Below, one piece after another: positions 25,533-27,306 of a stretch of 27,306 nucleotides of DNA. The stretch is taken from the NCBI GenBank assembly GCA_019057375.1, contig DXJF01000031.1, positions 1 through 27,306 on the forward strand, read 5' to 3'. This stretch comes from Candidatus Heimdallarchaeota archaeon (lineage in GTDB: Archaea; Asgardarchaeota; Heimdallarchaeia; Heimdallarchaeales; Heimdallarchaeaceae). The notes beneath the pieces were generated by a model that was not told the origin of the DNA, did no database searches, and worked only from the letters and a program-made list of their open reading frames with translations. Position 1 is the stretch's first letter. Every line of letters begins with the position of its first letter. The position numbers were made by a program, and so were the translations under genes.

Positions 25533-26645
25533 ATGAGTTCAGCTATAGATGAAAAGATTCTTGACATTGAGGACCAAATTTCGAGAACTCAAAAGAACAA
25601 GTCTACTGAGCATCACCTTGGAGTTCTGAAATCTAAGCTTGCAAAATTGCGTAGGAAGAAACTAGATGCACAATTTTCCAAGTCTGGTGGAGGTAGGCAT
25701 GGTTTTGATGTTAAGAAAGCTGGTGATGGCTCTGCTGTTTTGATTGGATTTCCTTCAACAGGTAAATCCACACTCATTTCAAACATCACTAGTAAAGAAT
25801 CAAAAATCGGGCACTATGCTTTTACAACAACTTCAGCTATTCCAGGAATAATGTTTCACAGGGGGACTCAAATCCAAATAATTGACCTACCTGGTATTAT
25901 AGAAGAGGCAAGTTCAGGTAAAGGGAGAGGCAAAGAAGTCCTAGCTGTTGCTCGAGGAGCAGATATGATTATAATCATAATGGATCCTCAAAAAACTACT
26001 GATTACTATAAGAAAATTATTAGAGAATTGAATAATGTTGCTATTAGACCGGGAAAAACAAAACCCTATATTTCAATAAAAAAGAAAGATAGAGGAGGAA
26101 TTGCTCTCTCCACTTTAACTAAGCTTACACACATGTCTGAAAAAACATTCATGGGTATTTTAAGAGAGTATAAAGTCATGAATGCAGCTGTAACTGTTCG
26201 CAGTGATCCAACAATTGATGAGTTAATAGATGTTTTAGAGGGTAATCGAGTTTATCCAAAGATTCTTATTATTGTGAATAAAGTTGATTTAATTTCGAAA
26301 AAACAAAGAAGGAAAATCAAAGAAAAGTTTCCAGATGCTATGATTATTAGTGCATTAACTGGTGAAAATCTCGAATCCCTCAAAGATGAAATAGTTGAAC
26401 GCCTTGAATTGATAAAAATTTATCTAAAGAAACAGAGACGAAAAACAGACTATGAAGAACCTCTGATTGTTAAACGAAATTCAACTATTAGAGATGTATG
26501 TGATAAAATACATAGAAGTTTTGCATCAGAGTTCCGTTATGCTGTTGTTTCTGGTAAAAGTTCTAAACATCCAAATCAGCGAGTTGGTCTAGACCACGTT
26601 ATTCAAGATGGAGATGTTATTACAATTATTGTTAAAAAATTCTAA
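25533..26645 (+). CDS. drg: DRG/Rbg-type OBG-family GTPase with TGS domain
   Basis: GFDVKKAGD, G1 GFPSTGKST, YAFTT, G3 DLPGII, GKGRGKEVLAVAR, G4 NKVD, SA, and a C-terminal TGS domain (QRVGLDHVIQDGDVITI). Confidence 0.95.
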   Translation: MSSAIDEKILDIEDQISRTQKNKSTEHHLGVLKSKLAKLRRKKLDAQFSKSGGGRHGFDVKKAGDGSAVLIGFPSTGKSTLISNITSKESKIGHYAFTTTSAIPGIMFHRGTQIQIIDLPGIIEEASSGKGRGKEVLAVARGADMIIIIMDPQKTTDYYKKIIRELNNVAIRPGKTKPYISIKKKDRGGIALSTLTKLTHMSEKTFMGILREYKVMNAAVTVRSDPTIDELIDVLEGNRVYPKILIIVNKVDLISKKQRRKIKEKFPDAMIISALTGENLESLKDEIVERLELIKIYLKKQRRKTDYEEPLIVKRNSTIRDVCDKIHRSFASEFRYAVVSGKSSKHPNQRVGLDHVIQDGDVITIIVKKF

Positions 26646-26654
26646 ATAAGAAAA

Positions 26655-27306
26655 TCAATCCCTTTTGTATGATATTTCTCCTCCAACAATAGTGTATAAC
26701 ACTTCAACATCATGAAATCCTTCTAGTTCAATCTCGTCTAAGTTGCGATTTAGAATAACAATATCCGCAAGCATACCTTCCTTTATCATTCCTTTGATCT
26801 TCTCTTCTTCAGATACTACGGCTGGATAGTATGTGTAACATTTTATTGCTTCTTCTAGAGATAATCTTTGCTCTTCATTAGGATGAAATATTGCTCCTTT
26901 AATGCCATATATTGGACCCAAAGGCATACCATCACTCCCGAAAATAAGTAACATATTATTATCGAGAACCCAACGAAAAGGATTATTGATCATGGTTTTT
27001 TCTCTCCCAAGTCTCTGTTCATACATACCAATGACATCAATCATCCCCCACCTCCAAACAAAGTTTGGTTGCATTGACATTACTAATCCATATTCTTTTG
27101 ATCGTATAGCATCTTCTTCTAATAAAAGCTCAGCATGTTCTATCCTATGCAAGGAATTTTTACATTCGACTGGATCTAAATTTCGTTCTATTGCTGAAAT
27201 TAGTTTGGAAATAGCTTTATCACCAATTGCATGTGCAGCAATTTGAAGGCCGGCATTATGAACTTTTAAAACCATCTCATCTAATCTTTGATCATCATAT
27301 AGTGCA
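26655..27306 (-). CDS. Amidohydrolase (YtcJ-like, Amidohydro_3), C-terminal part; runs off the window end
   Basis: HAIGD, RIEHAE, SMQP, FGSD.P and G.IKEG.LADIVIL motifs. The frame stays open past 27275 to the edge (...ALYDDQRLDE-MVLK). Confidence 0.9.
   Translation of the reverse strand, partial: ALYDDQRLDEMVLKVHNAGLQIAAHAIGDKAISKLISAIERNLDPVECKNSLHRIEHAELLLEEDAIRSKEYGLVMSMQPNFVWRWGMIDVIGMYEQRLGREKTMINNPFRWVLDNNMLLIFGSDGMPLGPIYGIKGAIFHPNEEQRLSLEEAIKCYTYYPAVVSEEEKIKGMIKEGMLADIVILNRNLDEIELEGFHDVEVLYTIVGGEISYKRD

Noticed and set aside
19472-27246. ORFs 19472-19708 (-), 21435-21641 (+), 23950-24144 (+) and 26902-27246 (+)
   Set aside because: Antisense shadows of nurA/herA, DUF460, rio2 and the amidohydrolase.
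1-27306. CRISPR arrays, tRNA/rRNA genes, IS elements or proviral genes
   Set aside because: No regularly spaced repeats, cloverleaf-like or GC-rich RNA gene segments, transposase or integrase ORFs were seen by eye. Nearly all of the sequence is accounted for by protein-coding genes.

Overview
An AT-rich archaeal chromosomal segment. The markers are carS, MCM, Hel308, GINS, NurA/HerA, Sm/Lsm, DUF460, RIO2 and a DRG GTPase. An Asgard-type host is plausible but is inference only. Gene order: partial KaiC/RAD55-like ATPase, 8-Cys small protein and carS (all minus); HDAC-family deacetylase, MFS transporter, MoxR-type AAA+ ATPase and VWA protein (plus); membrane YdjM-type hydrolase (minus); a co-directional run mcm-hel308-gins23-pyrG-nurA-herA-lsm (plus); DUF460 and rio2 (minus); SAM methyltransferase (plus); ArsR regulator (minus); DRG GTPase (plus); partial amidohydrolase (minus). 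Top observation: the AAA+ and VWA ORFs look like one gene joined by a -1 ribosomal frameshift. An in-register A_AAA_AAA heptamer (4940-4946) lies in a 22-nt window where both frames are open. It is followed 8 nt later by a foldable, relatively GC-rich segment, and the -1 frame reads without a stop into the VWA ORF. This predicts a 296-aa AAA+ protein plus a 637-aa AAA+-linker-VWA fusion, analogous to frameshifted chelatase chlD genes. A homopolymer indel error remains an alternative explanation. Second: mcm carries three full-length LAGLIDADG inteins (1416 of 2105 aa). No rRNA, tRNA, CRISPR array or transposase was recognised.
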